Shown: positions 63,144 to 64,000 of the stretch, in pieces
Numbering within the stretch: position 1 is the first letter of the stretch
How the letters are laid out: every line of letters begins with the position of its first letter
Origin: Camelus ferus
Taxonomy: Eukaryota
Direction of reading: 5' to 3'
Assembly: GCF_009834535.1 (NCBI RefSeq)
Contig: NC_045698.1
Span: 8,372,001 to 8,436,000 of the forward strand
DNA length: 64,000 bases
Program-made: the position numbers and the translations under genes
The notes under the pieces: model-generated
What the model saw: only the letters and a program-made list of their open reading frames with translations
What the model was told of the DNA's origin: nothing
Database searches by the model: none

Positions 63144-64000
63144 ACTTCAGATAGGAGAGAGAATGGGATACAAAATTGAAGAAAAAATATATACATTGAT
63201 GTTAGTTGGAGGCTCAGTCATTGATCAACAAGTCCTAAATCAGAACCGCAGAAAGAGGAAAGGGACTCGGGTTTTGGCCCTGGAGCAGGTTTTTGATTTG
63301 AGCATCTCCCCCAGACCATATTTATGACTGAATGCATTCAAGATCTAGGGAAGTCAATTCCGCTTAAACCATATTGACCAGACCTGGGCACATTCATCTC
63401 CTTATAAAAAGGAAGCCATATATACACACAGAGGTCTGGGAAATAGATCTCAGTATCTAATTATCAGAAAAACTCATCCATAAATTCAAATCAGTAAATG
63501 TGATGATGTTTTGGATCCCAAACAAGTATATAGTGGGGTTAGTGTAGGTACTGACCGTTTGAGTGGCTTTTGAATGCCAAATACAAGGCACACTCGCAGA
63601 TCTTAAAGTAAAATAATATCTAGAGTTTTTTTTTCTTCATGAAATTATCCCCTGGCTTTCAAAATGAGAGTTTTAAGGAGTCTATTTGATACAACATGTG
63701 CCAAGTTTCATTCAACAATTTATAACCTACTTAGGGAAAGCAGAATTATTGAGTTGATTCAAATATTCACAGTAAGATGGCAGAAGGAACTACTTGGAAA
63801 GGCGCAAAACTAAAGAAAGTATAGCAGTTGCCAAAAAAAGAAAAAAAAAAAAAAACCCCAGTCACAACAGAAGAACACCTGATATGCCATACATATACTT
63901 AAAATGGGAAATGAACCAATCAGTGTAGAAACTTGTCTTCTATACCACCTACCCCAACTCCTGTTTTAATTCTGTAATCTCATTTTTGAAACACCCACTG

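Noticed and set aside
1..64000. Naming the host gene, or calling a novel multi-gene or prokaryote-like system
   Set aside because: No coding exon could be recognised to anchor a gene name. I saw no operon, CRISPR array, NUMT or foreign insert; the content is typical mammalian non-coding DNA.

Overview
Mammalian genomic DNA, most likely camelid (alpaca/llama/camel). The evidence is a tRNA-Ala(AGC)-derived Vic-1-type SINE at 52663-52807, with no Alu, B1, Bov-tA or PRE-1 seen. I found no intact, recognisable protein-coding gene; the ORF track is almost entirely chance ORFs or TE remnants. The window is a repeat-rich intronic or intergenic stretch. It holds LINE-1s of several ages (five short copies with target-site duplications), L2 and MIR relics, MaLR/ERVL/ERV1 solo LTRs, and Tigger and hAT DNA-transposon relics. 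It also holds one disabled RPL21 processed pseudogene (48714-49321). The most interesting unique sequence is at about 58-62 kb. On the minus strand there is a TATA-like promoter followed by a candidate non-coding first exon with two abutting uORFs and a U1-perfect donor, and 1.6 kb further a recursive-splice-like AG|GTGAGT site. A well-formed plus-strand exon points the other way. Several motif-dense non-repeat islands (about 21.9-22.8, 41.4-41.7 and 50.4-51.4 kb) look like enhancers. Repeat family names come from recalled consensus similarity, not a database search, and boundaries of old elements are approximate. The host gene could not be identified, and I see no evidence of a novel multi-gene system.
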